From Octopus bimaculoides (taxonomy: Eukaryota): a stretch of DNA of 64,000 nt. The position numbers and the translations under genes are program-made. The stretch spans positions 80,240,095-80,304,094 of the forward strand of contig NC_068987.1 of NCBI RefSeq assembly GCF_001194135.2. Reading direction: 5' to 3'. Positions 26,001 to 41,500 of the stretch are shown here, one piece after another; the stretch's first letter is position 1, and every line of letters starts with the position of its first letter. The notes beneath the pieces were generated by a model. The model saw nothing but the letters and a program-made list of their open reading frames with translations. It searched no databases and was not told the DNA's origin.

Positions 26001-28579
26001 GATAATAGCGACCCAGTATGCAACTGGTACTAAATTTATCGACCCCGAAAGAATGAAAGGCAAAGTCGACCTCGGCAGAATATGAACTCAGAACGTAATG
26101 TCGGGCGAAATACCTATTTCTTTACTGCCCACAAGGGGCTACACACAGAGGGGACAAACAAGGACAGACAAACGGATTAAGTCGATTATATCGACCCCAT
26201 TGCGTAACTGGTACTTAATTTATCGACCCCGAAAGGATGAAAGGCAAAGTCGACCTCGGCGGAATTTGAACTCAGAACGCAGTAGCAGACGAAATACCGC
26301 TAAGCATTTCGTCCGGTGTGCTAACGATTCTGCTAGCTCGGGCGAAATACCGATAAGCATTTCGTCTGGCGGGATAACGAATTTCCTTTTTAATGATAAT
26401 ATTAAGGCGGGTGTCAGCGCGCTGGTCAAAATGCTTAGCAGCATTTCGTCCGTCTTTACGTCTCGAGTTCAAATTCCGCTGGCGTCGTCTTTACTTTTCA
26501 TCTTTTCTGAGTTGATAAATTAAGTACCAGTTGGGTACTGGGGTCAATGTAATCAACTTACCCATTCTCCCAGAACTTGCTGGCCTTGTACTAAAATTTG
26601 AAACCAGTATTATTCAAGGCGGTGGGCCGGCGGAATCGTTAGCACGCCGGGTAAAATGCTTAGTTAAATTTCGTCCGTCTTTATGTTCTGAGTTCAAATT
26701 CCGCTGAGGGGTCAATAAAATAAGTACCAGTTGAGGACTGAAGTCGATGTGATCGACATTCCTCCTCCCCTTAAATTGCTAGTTTTGTGCCGAAATTTGA
26801 AGCCAATAATAATAATATACTTCTTTATTAAACACACCACCAATTTTATTCGCAAGTATATAAAAGTTTTAAACCAAACCCTGTACCCTACTTGTACTGA
26901 TTTTTCCAGCTTTGATAGGGGTGAAGCTATGTTGAGTAAGGTGGAATTTAAACTAACTTCAATGGTTACTCATTTGCCTGCTATTGAAGGACCTCCTTTG
27001 GTTATGGTTAACCATGCACTTGTAGATGNNNNNNNNNNTTTGGTTATGGTTAACCATGCACTTGTAGATGCATGTACAAACCTATGAAAGGTTTTTTGAG
27101 GAAAACTAACAGTTGCCTTTCTATGAAAATCTCTAAGTCTCTTTTTGCTAAGTGCCTGATGTTTATCAAAAGGAAAGGTTGCTGGTATTGCTCGTTGCAG
27201 CTCCGCATCAGTGTTGCCGCTGCAAACGTTACTGTCAGAACAGCCAGACCAGATACCACAAGACAAATGCTTTTGATAATAGTATGCTTCCACCAATAAG
27301 CCACCTCATATCATTACTTTTTATTGACACTGAAAAATGAAAGACGAGATATGAATTCAAAGAGCAGAGAATAAAAAAAAATATCACGATGCATTCTATG
27401 CAACACTGACCACTCTGCCAGTGCGAATCAAATTTTAATTTTATCGCATCGATACGAGACAAAGCTCCTTTGTTGTATTGTAAATTGAATGTTGTCTTAT
27501 CCTTACTTGTTTCAGTCATTGAACTGCGGCCATGCTGGAGAACAATCCTGAAAGGTTTCATCGAACAAATCGATCTCTACATATTTTCTAAATTTCGTAC
27601 TCATTCTGTCGATATCTTTTGCTGAACCGCTATGTTTCGGCACATAAATAAGGCAACGTCAGTTTTCAAGAGATCGTGCTGGTGGGGGTAAACACAAAGA
27701 CACTGACACACATATACACACGATGAGCTTCCGCACAGTATCCGCCTACCAAATTCACTCACAAGGCATTGGTCGTCCCGGAGTTATAGCAGTAGACGCT
27801 TGCCCAAGGTCCAGCGCAGTGAGATTGGACCCGAAAGTGAGCTTTTTAACCACATAGCGATGCCCACGCCTATTATTAATAGTTTAACGAAGGCTACAAG
27901 CTGGCAGAATCGTTAGCACACCGGGAGAAATACCTAGCAATATTTCGCCCGTCGCTACATTCTGAGTTCAAATTCTGCCGAAGTCGACGTTGCCTTTCAT
28001 CCTTTCGGGGATCGATTAAATAAGTACTAGTTACGCACTGGGGTTGATGTAATCGATTTAATCCCTTCTGCTTCCAGTAGAAAGGGTTATTAATAGTTTA
28101 ATTCTTTTACATCAAATTTTTAATTAACTTGAAGATGAAGAACTAATTGTTTTAATAATTAAAGGAAACTTTTGGCTGAGGTTTGATAGCAGCTGTTATT
28201 TTTAAGTATTGTTATACTTTATTTCATTGTAAGATATTTAAACAATTCACAAGGTAAAAAAGAAAATATGTGAATATAAAATTTTACATAAGTTTGATTT
28301 AATTTTATGTTAACGTCATATTCAAATCCCAAATTCCCATAAAATTTCGAGTCGTCTGAATAGCAGTTAAATGTTTCTATATCATTTCTGTAACTCTATA
28401 AAATTATTCAATTTCAATATATATATATTCGTCTCCTGTTAAAATTCCCATGAGTAATTTTGAATATGAAAGCGGAAAACTAATTTCAAATTTGTCTAAG
28501 TTCTTGTTTATTATGTTCCATCTCTTACTGCTATCCAAATTCTATCACCCAATGACTTACTCCTATCTTTTTCTTCACA

Positions 28580-28644
<65 letters not shown>

Positions 28645-30561
28645 TTTATAATCTATCTATTCGGTATCAAAAGATAACATCACTCGCTGATGAAGAGTAA
28701 TATCCGAATCCTTGCATTTTCCCTTTTTCCTATGATGAGCCAGTTTATTCATTTCTGAACTATTGAACTCACCAATCGCTGATGAAGATCAGCATTAGTT
28801 TCTTCCGATACTATGTTTCTTAACGAAACAGTTGATTCTACTGAGTCCCCCTTATTTACATCAGTCGCTTCTCTTCGTGAAATATAATACCCATAGATCA
28901 AACATTTTCAAACCTTGTACTGTAAGTCACTTGTGCGTCACTTATAGATCGCTTGTGTATCACGAAAATTTGAAGTAAGTCAATGTTTTTAATGTACCAT
29001 CTCCTCGCATGTGTATTCTTTTGCTGTATGTGCAACGAGTGCACTCGCCTATGCTTTAAAAGCACTTTAATAATTCTTTTAATTCGTATTACTTTTAAAA
29101 CGCTTATTATGTGTCGTAAAACTTTTAGAGCTTTTTTCTGTCAAATTGAAAACTATTTCTCAAGTTATATTTTGAGCATTTTGAAGGTTGTCATGGAGCT
29201 GATTACAATACGGAGACGATGATGGGTTGGGAACTTCTATTAGCTCAGGTGCAGCAACACAAGCTGAATTTACAAAATATCTGAAAAAGAATTCTGTTTA
29301 TAGAAAATAGAAAATATTTAACATAGAGAATGAAGCTGAGAAGTGTTAGTTACCTTCTAAGTAATTCAGCTGATGTGGTATCTGCATGAAGACTCGTAAT
29401 ACTAGTTGCCTGCGACAGAGGTGTAGCAAGATCTCCTAACTGCGCTGTAATGAAGATAAATAAATAGCTTTCATTGTAATCGTCTCTTGATATTGATATA
29501 CATGTACACACACATATATATATTTAAAAATATCCCGAACAAAGCTTAGCATAAGTGCGTCATTAGTTCATTTCCTGATGAGAGAGGACGGAACTAAGCG
29601 AATTGAGATTTATGATAAACTGTAGTAAGTTTTGTAAAGAAAGCGGTAAGCTCTAAGAAAACTGAATTGTAAAAGTGGTTTCATTCTCCAGTAAAAAAAT
29701 TAATTATATTCTTACCCTTACACAATATATATCAATAAGAATACTAAGAACGTTACAACAACCCTTAATATATTTTACTGATTTTTAAACACTGCTCTAC
29801 GTATCACGTAGATAATTAACTATATCAACAACGCTGCTTCTCTGATACTTTTTTTAATCGACCACAGATGTAAGAAAAGCAAAGTTGACCTTGATGTTAT
29901 CCGAAACGAAAATGCAAAGAGATACAACTAAATACTGTACGATAAAATACAGTCCACCGCTCCACCACGTCTTCCAATCCACCGTCCTTAAATTATATTA
30001 CGATTATGAAATCTATGTATTGGATTTATACATTTCTATAATGTATAATATAATTTTTCATTATATATTATATCATATTATATTATATTGTGTTATATTA
30101 ATATAATTTTATAATTTATAGGATATTTCTGATAGGTGAAAAAGCCAATAATGTAAATTTATTTCTCTATAGCATCTGACCAATTTTCGCCTGAAGATGA
30201 TATGAGAAATCAATATACCAATATTTAGTGTGAATATTACAGGACACCGTAGATTATCAGATAATCACGTTAAGATAGCAACATAGTTTCGATTCCTGGT
30301 TGACTCCAGTTTATTTAAACTCATTTTCATTTATTTTAAGTAGTGAAAGTGTACTGCTCTCCAGTCCTTCATATAGCTCTTAGTTACTAGATATAAGACA
30401 CTGAGATCATATTGAGACACCGAATTGATGGTGCTAAAATATCAAACAGACAACATAAACATAAACGTGTAAAATCTGTCAGATGTTATCATTGTCCAGC
30501 AAATCCAACAGAACATTTAAGATGCTGGCTGTTACCATTTGTTCTCCTTATGTGTATTTAA

Positions 30562-30627
<66 letters not shown>

Positions 30628-33600
30628 TACAGACAAGAAGATAAAATACCCATTCTTTTTGCTATTTCACGTTTATACAGCGTTCGAAATATTACTTTCT
30701 TGTCTACGATACTCATTCAACGTTTCTAAAGACAAAAGTTTGTTTACATATATTGTTGCATATATATGTATATGTGTGAAAGGTAATCTCAATATCTAAC
30801 TAAACATAGATGCCTTGTTAGAACACCGACTTTTGCGTTATTAAGCCTCTAGAGATGCTCTCATATAGGCGCTTGGTACAAAAAACACATACATACATCG
30901 TAGCAGAAGACGACATTCGTCTCTCGTGAGCGTCTGAATTCCCATATCACGTGATTTAGTCCTATTGGAACTCATCACTGGGAACCACTGGGTGATTGCA
31001 TGCCAGTCAAATCTCGTTGCAACGATATATAGAATTTCAACTTCTTTTCAGACGCTGATGTTGCAAATAGCCAGCAGGCTTGTTAAAAACTAATTCTTAG
31101 CGACGGAAGTTAATAATTTATGTGTGTTTCATGGTATCCAATTTAAATTTGTTAGGAAAATTAGGTTCGCCTCAATATTTCTTATTCACTCAACTCCTCG
31201 AAGTATACCTTGATTAAAAAGAACGTAGTTTTATATTCCAAGTATAGTTTTTTAATAAGATCTCTGCTCACCGAAGATCGAGTCCGTTAATCATATTTCT
31301 TTGTACAGCTATTTACATTCCCCCATGCCATCTAAATCACATACCATTCAGTGGAAAAAAATTCAAATATCTCGTAAACAACTAAAAATAGAATCAATAA
31401 TTTATAGAAAGGAACAGCGTTGATTCCAGGTCGTTTCTTATCAAGCAGGAATATTATAAAAACGTTCCGTTCTATTTTTTAGATAATGCATCAGTTTCTC
31501 ATTATTATACGTGTTATTCCATTTTAATCATAATTTTTATTTTTTTGCTAGTTCTATAAATCGAGTGGCTCCGTAGAGTCTCTCTCGTTGGAACGACATT
31601 CTTATAATCATTAACGTTAATTTAGACTATAACGATTTTGTGTTAACATAAATGAGTCCGCGTTGTTTGAACAGCGAAGCTAACATAAATTATGTCAGTT
31701 GTAGCAGATTGTTGACTATAATGCATACTTACGTGCACTACCTCTGTTCTGCAGTGAAGATGGCAGCAAATAGTCTTTAATGTCCAAGGTGTGAACGTTG
31801 CCAGCACTAACACTGCGGTTGACCGGCTGGGAGAAATCCTCTACTATTAAGGTATGTAAATCTGCAAGTATCCATAGGTGAATTACTTTCATGCATGTTT
31901 ACGTTACATTAAGAGAAATCAGTCATCCATAACCTGCGATGGTCGGAGGTGCGGCTCCTTCCTCTAAACAATGAAATTAGCTAACCGAAAAAATTTCAGT
32001 CTGGTCAAATTTTATTAGAGACACTTAGTGAAGATAATATCTTCTCTCTGATACCTTTGTAGACCGATAGATGTCACGTGTGAAACACATTTCTTTAACA
32101 GTTTAAACATGTATGGATATGGTTAAAATTTTTTCTTCACCAAGAAATTAATTTTGTGTCCTCTCTAATTTATCTTCTCTTCCCGTCTTTCTATATTTAC
32201 CCAATCTAGAATCCTTCACACATATATAACAACTATTTCCACGTCTTATGCGTTTATCACTGTATTTTTCACTACAAATGAATAATGATCCAGTCTGTAG
32301 GTTTCCATGTAACCATGTGTTCCAAGTCTTCCAAATTAATTGTAAAATTAATTTTCAAAAATTAATTTTCAAGTTAATTTTCAAAATGCTTTTTTATCTG
32401 GTAATCGGTAAATCCTTACCCTACGAACCTCGACCGACCGGACAAGGGGATCAACTACGCTGAACTCAAACAATTAAGAGGACCCCTAATCACTCCTATG
32501 TTCTTTTTGAGACGAACAAATTATAATATATATCGCAGATGATCTGCAGGGATACACAACCAAATTGTTTCAATAATTAATTCTCTAGGAGATACTTGAT
32601 GGTAAAAGTCACAACATTCTTTCTTTCAATCATTGAAGCGCTTCCGTTCTAAGATTGGGAATATTATTGTACACAAAGCAGCAACGATTTAAATTTAGCG
32701 CTGTATACAAACAAAACATACGAAAACGCCAGTCAGCGCTATTAAGTATATTAAACTTCTTCGTGTACTTGGCATTTAAATGATAAAACATCTTCATATT
32801 CACACAATGAGAGGATATGATACGTCAACCGTACGAATTGAACCTCTCTATCAAACACAACACACGATATTCTCCGTTGTTTCATAAATAATGTTAATTC
32901 AAGACGGTTTTCCAAAGAAAGTATATTTCTTTAGATGAGAAACTTTTAATTATAAATATAATAGTTTCTTTCGGAAACGAGATAAAAACTCTTATTTCTA
33001 TACTTCATTTCACACAAACAAACTTCTAATGTTTATTCACATCATTGATAATAGTTACCAGGGGCCATGCATGCAAATACAACAACCTCAATGTTCCTGT
33101 ATGTTTAGTAAATGACTGTGTTAATGTGAGATCACATAATATTCTGTTCATGTAAAATAATGCTAAAGGCTTTGAATAAAATATGAAAGAAGACGTATTA
33201 CTAACAATTAAATTAGGTTGGACTCTGGTGGAAATGAAAATGTAGCAAAGAGTTTTCACGCAATGAATTACATGTATTGCTTTAAAGTATTAGTCTACAG
33301 TAAAACTAGTAGAGTCGAAAATTTCATTAAAACTTCGACATCAAAGATGAAAAAAAAAATGGAGGTTTGACATCTGACTGTTGCGCCAGACGTCTGGAAG
33401 AGACAGAATTGTTTCGTAGAGCAGAATATATTAACTCTTAAATCAATAAACGATACCATATAAATGTACATTGAACAACAGCTAAAACAATGGGATTGTA
33501 TTGAAAATATAAGAAAAGAAGCCAAACATCAGAATACAAATTGAAAAGTCAGCAGTAAATAAATCAGATACAAAAATGAAAGAAATTAACAGCAGAATAT

Positions 33601-35298
33601 ATAATTCTTTTTTATTTCATGTCATTTTCTGAAATATACAACAATATATCCTAGAAAAAAACAACACAAAAGAAATTATGTCGGTTTCTCACAAGGTACA
33701 ATACCAGTATTTATTTGGAAAGTAGGTAAGCTTATTGATACAGTAAGCACACACACACATGCATATATGTGTTCGTGTGTGGCTTAGTCCAAAATGTATA
33801 AGCATTAAGTAGAATTCCATTTCTTAATGATGCAGCGTGTCATTATTTTCTCCTCCAGGCACAAGGCCCGAAATTTGGGGGGAGGAGGCCAGACGATTTG
33901 ATCGACCCAGTACGCAACTGGTACTTAATGTATCAACCCCGAAAGGATGACAACCAAATTCGACCTCGGTGGAATTCGGACTCAGAACGTAAAAATAGAT
34001 GAAATACCACCAAGAATTTCACCCGTGCTAACGTTTCTTATTTCTTTACTGCCCACAAGGGGCTAAACATAGAGGAGACAAACAAGGACAGACAAAGAGA
34101 TTAAGTCGATTACATCGGCCCCAGTGCGTAATTGGTATTTAATTTATCGACCCCGAAAGGATGAAAGGCAAAGTCGACCTCGGCGGAACTTGAACTCAGA
34201 ACGTAACGGCATACGAAATACCGCTAAGCATTTCGCCCGGCGTGCTAACGTTTCTGCCCGCTCGCTGCCCCTGCAACGTGTCATTATTAACACAGGTTTA
34301 TACTTATATATATTGTAGTTTCAGCTCAGAGCTGTGGCCATGCTGGAGCACTGCTGTTTTTCTACACTGTTATTNNNNNNNNNNNNNNNNNNNNNNNNNN
34401 NNNNNNNNNNNNNNNNNNNNNNNNNNNNNNNNNNNNNNNNNNNNNNNNNNNNNNNNNNNNNNNNNNNNNNNNNNNNNNNNNNNNNNNNNNNNNNNNNNNN
34501 NNNNNNNNNNNNNNNNNNNNNNNNNNNNNNNNNNNNNNNNNNNNNNNNNNNNNNNNNNNNNNNNNNNNNNNNNNNNNNNNNNNNNNNNNNNNNNNNNNNN
34601 NNNNNNNNNNNNNNNNNNNNNNNNNNNNNNNNNNNNNNNNNNNNNNNNNNNNNNNNNNNNNNNNNNNNNNNNNNNNNNNNNNNNNNNNNNNNNNNNNNNN
34701 NNNNNNNNNNNNNNNNNNNNNNNNNNNNNNNNNNNNNNNNNNNNNNNNNNNNNNNNNNNNNNNNNNNNNNNNNNNNNNNNNNNNNNNNNNNNNNNNNNNN
34801 NNNNNNNNNNNNNNNNNNNNNNNNNNNNNNNNNNNNNNNNNNNNNNNNNNNNNNNNNNNNNNNNNNNNNNNNNNNNNNNNNNNNNNNNNNNNNNNNNNNN
34901 NNNNNNNNNNNNNNNNNNNNNNNNNNNNNNNNNNNNNNNNNNNNNNNNNNNNNNNNNNNNNNNNNNNNNNNNNNNNNNNNNNNNNNNNNNNNNNNNNNNN
35001 NNNNNNNNNNNNNNNNNNNNNNNNNNNNNNNNNNNNNNNNNNNNNNNNNNNNNNNNNNNNNNNNNNNNNNNNNNNNNNNNNNNNNNNNNNNNNNNNNNNN
35101 NNNNNNNNNNNNNNNNNNNNNNNNNNNNNNNNNNNNNNNNNNNNNNNNNNNNNNNNNNNNNNNNNNNNNNNNNNNNNNNNNNNNNNNNNNNNNNNNNNNN
35201 NNNNNNNNNNNNNNNNNNNNNNNNNNNNNNNNNNNNNNNNNNNNNNNNNNNNNNNNNNNNNNNNNNNNNNNNNNNNNNNNNNNNNNNNNNNNNNNNNN

Positions 35299-35341
<43 letters not shown>

Positions 35342-38300
35342 GTGTTAGTGTTTCTGAATGAATGTATGTGTGTCTACGCGCGTTTTATGTGAAATGTTTG
35401 TAAAGTCTATGCAAAGCAGCAACTCAATTAAAGAATGATATAAAAAACTCCGTGAAAAGGAAACTTGCTTAATTCGTATAACTTTTGTATCGTCTTTATA
35501 GTCATTCTCATTCATACACGTTCCAAATTCTTTTTAAATGGCATGTGTGTTACGGCACTACCCCGTTTGTCTTTGAATTTGTGTTTTGCTTTTTCTCTCT
35601 TGTGCATATATTAAAGACGTCAATGATTAACGAAAAGATAAAATCAGAATTTGAAGGAAAGAAACGAAATACAAACCTGACTCGGAGAGTTTTACCGAAG
35701 GGAGACTTTCGTTGCTTTCTCGACAATCAGATGCTGCCAATGATGCCGAAACTTTCATAACTGCTTGTGACATCTTTCGCTTCACCTTCTTACTCAGGGA
35801 ATTGCGATGGACACCTTAAATGTAAATACCAGAACTAGTAGAGCTTAAGTATAGCTAGAAAACATTCGCCAGCGACACACTATTATAGTAACAATGATAT
35901 ATATTTTTAGATCATATTTTCGTACAATTCATAAAAACTCAATGAATGTAGGGCATGCAATAAATATCTGAGTAATACCATGACGACATTTAATACTCAT
36001 CATACTTTCAATTGGTACTGCTCAAGAATTAACCATAGCTAAATTTATTTGTCTTGTCTTTTATTTCTTTCGATTCATTATCAACAAATTCATGAATATT
36101 TATTGATATTTTTGCATTCATTTCTAAATACCATTTAGATCAACTTTAATTGATGCTATATTGTTTTATGAATATTTTGAATTTGACTATTCATTCATAG
36201 ATCAAATGATACTTTTAGCCTATTTGAATTTTTAATTCATTTGCCACACATTTTTGATAAGTTTATTTTAATGGCAAAGTGATCAATTGGTTTTTATTGT
36301 ATACGTGTTGCTCTCGCAGTTCATCGATACAGATGATCTTGCCGTCACAGCTCATCGGTAGTTTTATATTCAAAACTTTTTAGCATCTCTTGAAAATACT
36401 GCGACCAAAGTTGACCTGTATCACAGTACAGAGTAGATTGAGTATATAATTGTCAACGAGACTGAAAGCAACCAGCGATTTGTTTCAACGATAGCTCAAG
36501 ATACAAATATATCTTACTATTTTGCCTTCTTTTGACATGTTTTATTTTTTCTTGACTCACGCGCTCTGAATTTTCCTCTAACCAACGATTAAAGACATAA
36601 ATTTATATGGATATGTATTTATATATCAGTAATATTTTCATTTATTATGCTAACTGTTAATGCTTTTGTATTCTTTCCATCAACCCCTTGTTTTGATTAG
36701 TTATAAAATTTATTAAAAAAAGGGTTGATCGATAAATTAAAGAATCATTTAAGAGCTAAGGTTAATATAATCCATTGTCCTCCCCGCTTCCTCGCGACGG
36801 TCGATTATTTTTTTTTAATTTTGAAAATTGTTCAGTGAAAGTGGAGTGCAAAAGCCTCTCAGACCTGCCCGAGCTTATTCAAGTATCTCACGAATACCCA
36901 CTGATTTTCCGAATGTGTCAATATAGCCATGAACAAAGCGTATAAGGCTATCCAGATCGTTTCTAGATAGTGTAATTATTAAGATAGCAGGCAAAGGTAT
37001 TATAGCGTGTCCATAACTTCTGATATTCAGCTATTTGGGTAACTGCAGCTCTTGGCAGGAAAGGTTGGGTATGCGAAAAAGTGAAAACAGAGGCTGGGAT
37101 GCGGCCGGGAGTGCATAGATTTGTAAAGGGTAAACCACCTGGTTTGGGTGTTCCGCCCTAGAAGTTTTATAGAGAAATGCCAATATTATTTAACCCTCTA
37201 TTGGCAAACTCCTCATACAAGTTTCAAGAGAAACTGGAAATTCTTCCCAGCTTTGTTAGTTGAGGTGTCGTATCATTTGCAAAGAAAGATATGAATAAGG
37301 TACCAATATCGACTATTTCCTATCCATTACTCAACTGGATACAAAATTTAAAGTTTTGCTTATGTTTTACTCGAAGGCTTTGGTATGTATCACCGTTACT
37401 GATACCAGAAGGGGCTCAAAATTGCTTTGGTGAGGCTCTGTTCAGCTTGGATCAAGAGCAATTTCTTGACGGATTCAATAACCACAACTTGGTGGTGACC
37501 ATAAGTGGTAAGGTCACATTTCCAGAGGGTAGATCAGCTCATTATAAAGTATAATTTAGACATCATACATTTGGTTCACCAAGTGTTCCTTACTTCTCTG
37601 TTTATTGTGATTCGCGGAGCAATGAGAAACATCCTGTTCGAACTGGAATTCCCGAAGACTGTGTCATCTTTTGAGGACACTGCAGTGATAGTATCAACCA
37701 CCAGATAAATTTAGATGGTCAACGAGGCGTACGGTTAACTAGAACAGATTGGTGAGCCTATAACTCAGTACTCAGCGAGGCAAGTCCATGCAGGCCGCTG
37801 TCAAAGATCACTGTATGCTTGGGGTTTGGTTAGGCTCAGAGCCCAGATTAATAAAGAATATGATAGGCTACAAATCCCACAAAGAAATGATTTGAGAAGA
37901 AACTCTGCTTGAATGGTTATGTAGAGGTAGTGATGAGCATCACTTATTTGATACTACCTAACAGTTTGCATATCTGAAGCCTGAAGCTTTCTAGACAAAC
38001 CATTTACTATCCAGTATAATTTGAACTGAGGTCTCGATATACTGCGGCTTATGATGCGTATGCATAAACTAAGACTGTGACGTCATAGTTTGTGTGTCAA
38101 ACTTCATATCTTTGATAGAAGTACATTCCTGGGTCAACTGAAGATTGAAATCATGCACCTGGCAACTGAAGTGTTGTTAGCAGTTCTCTACCAATCGAAG
38201 TGCGGCTGCTGATACGACGTATTCCTTGAAATTTATAGCATTGCGATTGGCTGTACTAGGTCCTCTCCATATTAAGAAGCGTATTTTTCCAAATCTTTTA

Positions 38301-38479
38301 CGATATACTATTATTTTTTACACTTATTTCCTCATACAAGATTCTATAAAGTCTCCCCCCCCCCCAATTTGTATTTTGACCTTGTATTAACTCCTCATAT
38401 CTCGCCCGTATGAGAATAAAGAAACGATTAATAATAATATCCCTTTCTTCTGATATTAAGCAAACACGTATTATATTAC

Positions 38480-38510
<31 letters not shown>

Positions 38511-41500
38511 NNNNNNNNNNNNNNNNNNNNNNNNNNNNNNNNNNNNNNNNNNNNNNNNNNNNNNNNNNNNNNNNNNNNNNNNNNNNNNNNNNNNNNNNNN
38601 NNNNNNNNNNNNNNNNNNNNNNNNNNNNNNNNNNNNNNNNNNNNNNNNNNNNNNNNNNNNNNNNNNNNNNNNNNNNNNNNNNNNNNNNNNNNNNNCAGAG
38701 TTCAAATTCCGCCTAGGTCGACTTTGCCTTTTATCCTTACGGGGTCGATAAATTAAGTACCAGTTAAGTAGTGGGGTCGCTGTAATCGACAAGTACCCTC
38801 TCCCAAAATTTCAGGCCCTTTGCCTTTAGTAGAAAGGATTAGTAGTATTATTGCTAGGGCGGTGAGCTGGCAGAATCGTGAGCAGACCGGGCGGAATGCT
38901 TAGCGGTATTTCGTCCGTCTTCATGTTCTGAGTTCAAATTCTACCGAAGTCGACTTTGTCATTTATCCTTTCGGGGTCGATAAATTAAGTACCAGTGAAA
39001 CACTGGGGTCAAATTTCAGGCCTTGTGCCTTTAGTAGAAAAGATTATTATTGTTGTTGTTGAAAGAAACGGAGGTATGTAAGATACCTCCATCAAGGAAA
39101 TGATTTTCAACCGAATTGCCTTTCGAAAAACAGTTTTGTTCAAATTCTAATATGGAAGCCTTTCCTACTGCTTGAGGGTTCTAATCCATTGCGTCTCAGT
39201 AGTGAGGGGTGGAAAATTGTATACGGGGACTGGACACAAAGACAGAGTTAGGGGTCATAATTCACCTGCACGGATTTTAGTTTTATTTCCTATTTAAAAT
39301 TTAATTTAAAAAGAATTAATGCAGTATTTTGATAAGCTTCCCATTTGTCTCAATCACAACGATGGTAACAATGACAACAACATTAACGTTAATAACAGAC
39401 TTTGAAATGTGAATAAGAGACAAAATTAAATATATACCACCTGTGCATGTAAATTATAAACAATATAAAGTATAATTTAAAAGACATCTACCTGAGCTTG
39501 GCTGAAGGCACGCGCTAAGCGTTGGGTCAGTAACTAAGGTCAAGCGTTGATGTATCAAATATTCGCTTATGGTATGTTGGTGTTGAGGCAGATAATCACT
39601 TGTAACTAAATTATTCTGGCCTGATATTACGTGTAAGTAAAAATGGAGGGCATTGAGTCGTAGCAAGGGGACATTGAAAAAGTGTTAAGAAACGGTAGTT
39701 TTAATAAACAGAAAACGTTTCAGAAGCAATGATCTAATCCTAGAGCAGAGAAAAATATTTTCTTTAGACATTTTTAACTGTTACCATTTTTTTTTTCAAT
39801 TTTGAGAGTAGCCATTTTGTTTATTTCATGCAGTTAAAAGGTAAAAATCGATTCAGGTGGCAGCAATAATCTCATTAATATTAACAGATATACATGCAAA
39901 AGCAAATATACAAATAGCTCTAAGCTTCACTGCTTACTATAGAATTCACAGAGCATTGATTCGTACAAGTATCAACGACAACATCAGCAATACTATCGTT
40001 TACTAATGAAATGGGTTAAAAGGAATGATTAGACATGAGCGACCAAAAGGTAAAGAAAAGGAAGGGGAAGTGGGGGAGATATGTAACGAAAGACCAAACT
40101 TCTTTGCCCCAAAAAATTATCCAAGAAAAAGCTTGAAGGAAGTTGGTATGTTTTTGTTTGTTGCTTTTTAGCAAAGGAAGCTGAGAAGAGGAATAGCAGT
40201 TCAGCTAGTCTAATGTTTGGCTTTGATTTTTACCCATAGGCACCAATCAAATTCTGTGTTGAAATCACTATTCTCTCCCGTGGAATTAGTAACTACAATT
40301 ATAAATCAATATATATATATATTATTTTCAAATATTATCTCAGCAGTTAAATTATCTGGAATATATTTCATTATTTTAAATATTTATTCCATCTCATATC
40401 TGAATTTTTCATAGATTAGATTTTTCTTTTTATAACAGTAAATTGATTCTATGAATTATTAATGTTTGAATAGTAATTCCAACCAATTATTTAACAATTA
40501 GATATCTTTTCTCAATGAAAACCTCTCGATGGTATTAATAGAAACAAAAGAGTGACTGTAACTCATGCAGAACAAATATCGTACGGGATTTAGTTCGATA
40601 CGCACCGGCATTTTAGCTTCCTCGCTTACGTTTACACACTTTGTCTATATGCACCCGAGAAAGACATACACGTATGTATGTATGTATGTAAAACTTGTTT
40701 TTTAATAATTCAATTATTGAACCGCGGCCTTTCTGGAGCGCCGCGTCGATGAAATAGTGCGTGGGCTGGGAGAGAAATCCGGATCGGCTACTTCGAAGGC
40801 AATATCAGAATTCACGGCAGACTTCCGTACAGTTGCCGATTGCCAAATGCTCCTTACAAATCAACAAAGCATAAACTAATGGAAGTTATAATGGGAGACA
40901 CTTTTCCTAAGTGCCATACTTTGAGTTTGAACCCGTGCCATGGGATTGTGAAGCTATAGCATCACGACTACATTCACATCCCTACCTTAACATTTATTAC
41001 ATCGAATTGTTTTGTTGGATAGTCTAAGCAATTTACTTTCTAACCTTTTCTTAGAAAGAGGCTCATTCTAGTTAGACAGGTTGCTTATTTCTCATTTTAT
41101 ACTCTCCATTCCAAAGTCACGCATCTTTATACATTCCTCTATTAGTTTGAAATGAAATCTTCCTTTATATTCTAATTTATATATGTGCAATTGTAAACTT
41201 CCAAAAATGTTTATACTGCAGTTTTAAACCACCAGAAGAACCACTAAACTAAACTCGCTATTAGTAACATTCTTTTCGAAATGAGACGATTGAGCGCAGC
41301 TGTTTGGACACTGGCGATTTGGCATGGTTGATTGGACAGTCAGTCTATTTTGGCAACAGTATCTTTTGGTATAGGAGGCAAACACGCGCGCCCGCGCAAA
41401 AGATTATAGACAGAAAGAGTGAGTGAGTGAGAAAGAGAGAGAGAGACAGAGAAAGTGAGAGAGAGTGAGAGAGAGAGACACAGAGAGTGAAAGAGAGGGG

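Noticed and set aside
28770-28880. Open frame EATDVNKGDSVESTVSLRNIVSEETNADLHQRL ending at a GTGAGT donor (minus strand)
   Set aside because: No convincing acceptor, and its phase-0 exit does not match the phase-2 entry at 23066.
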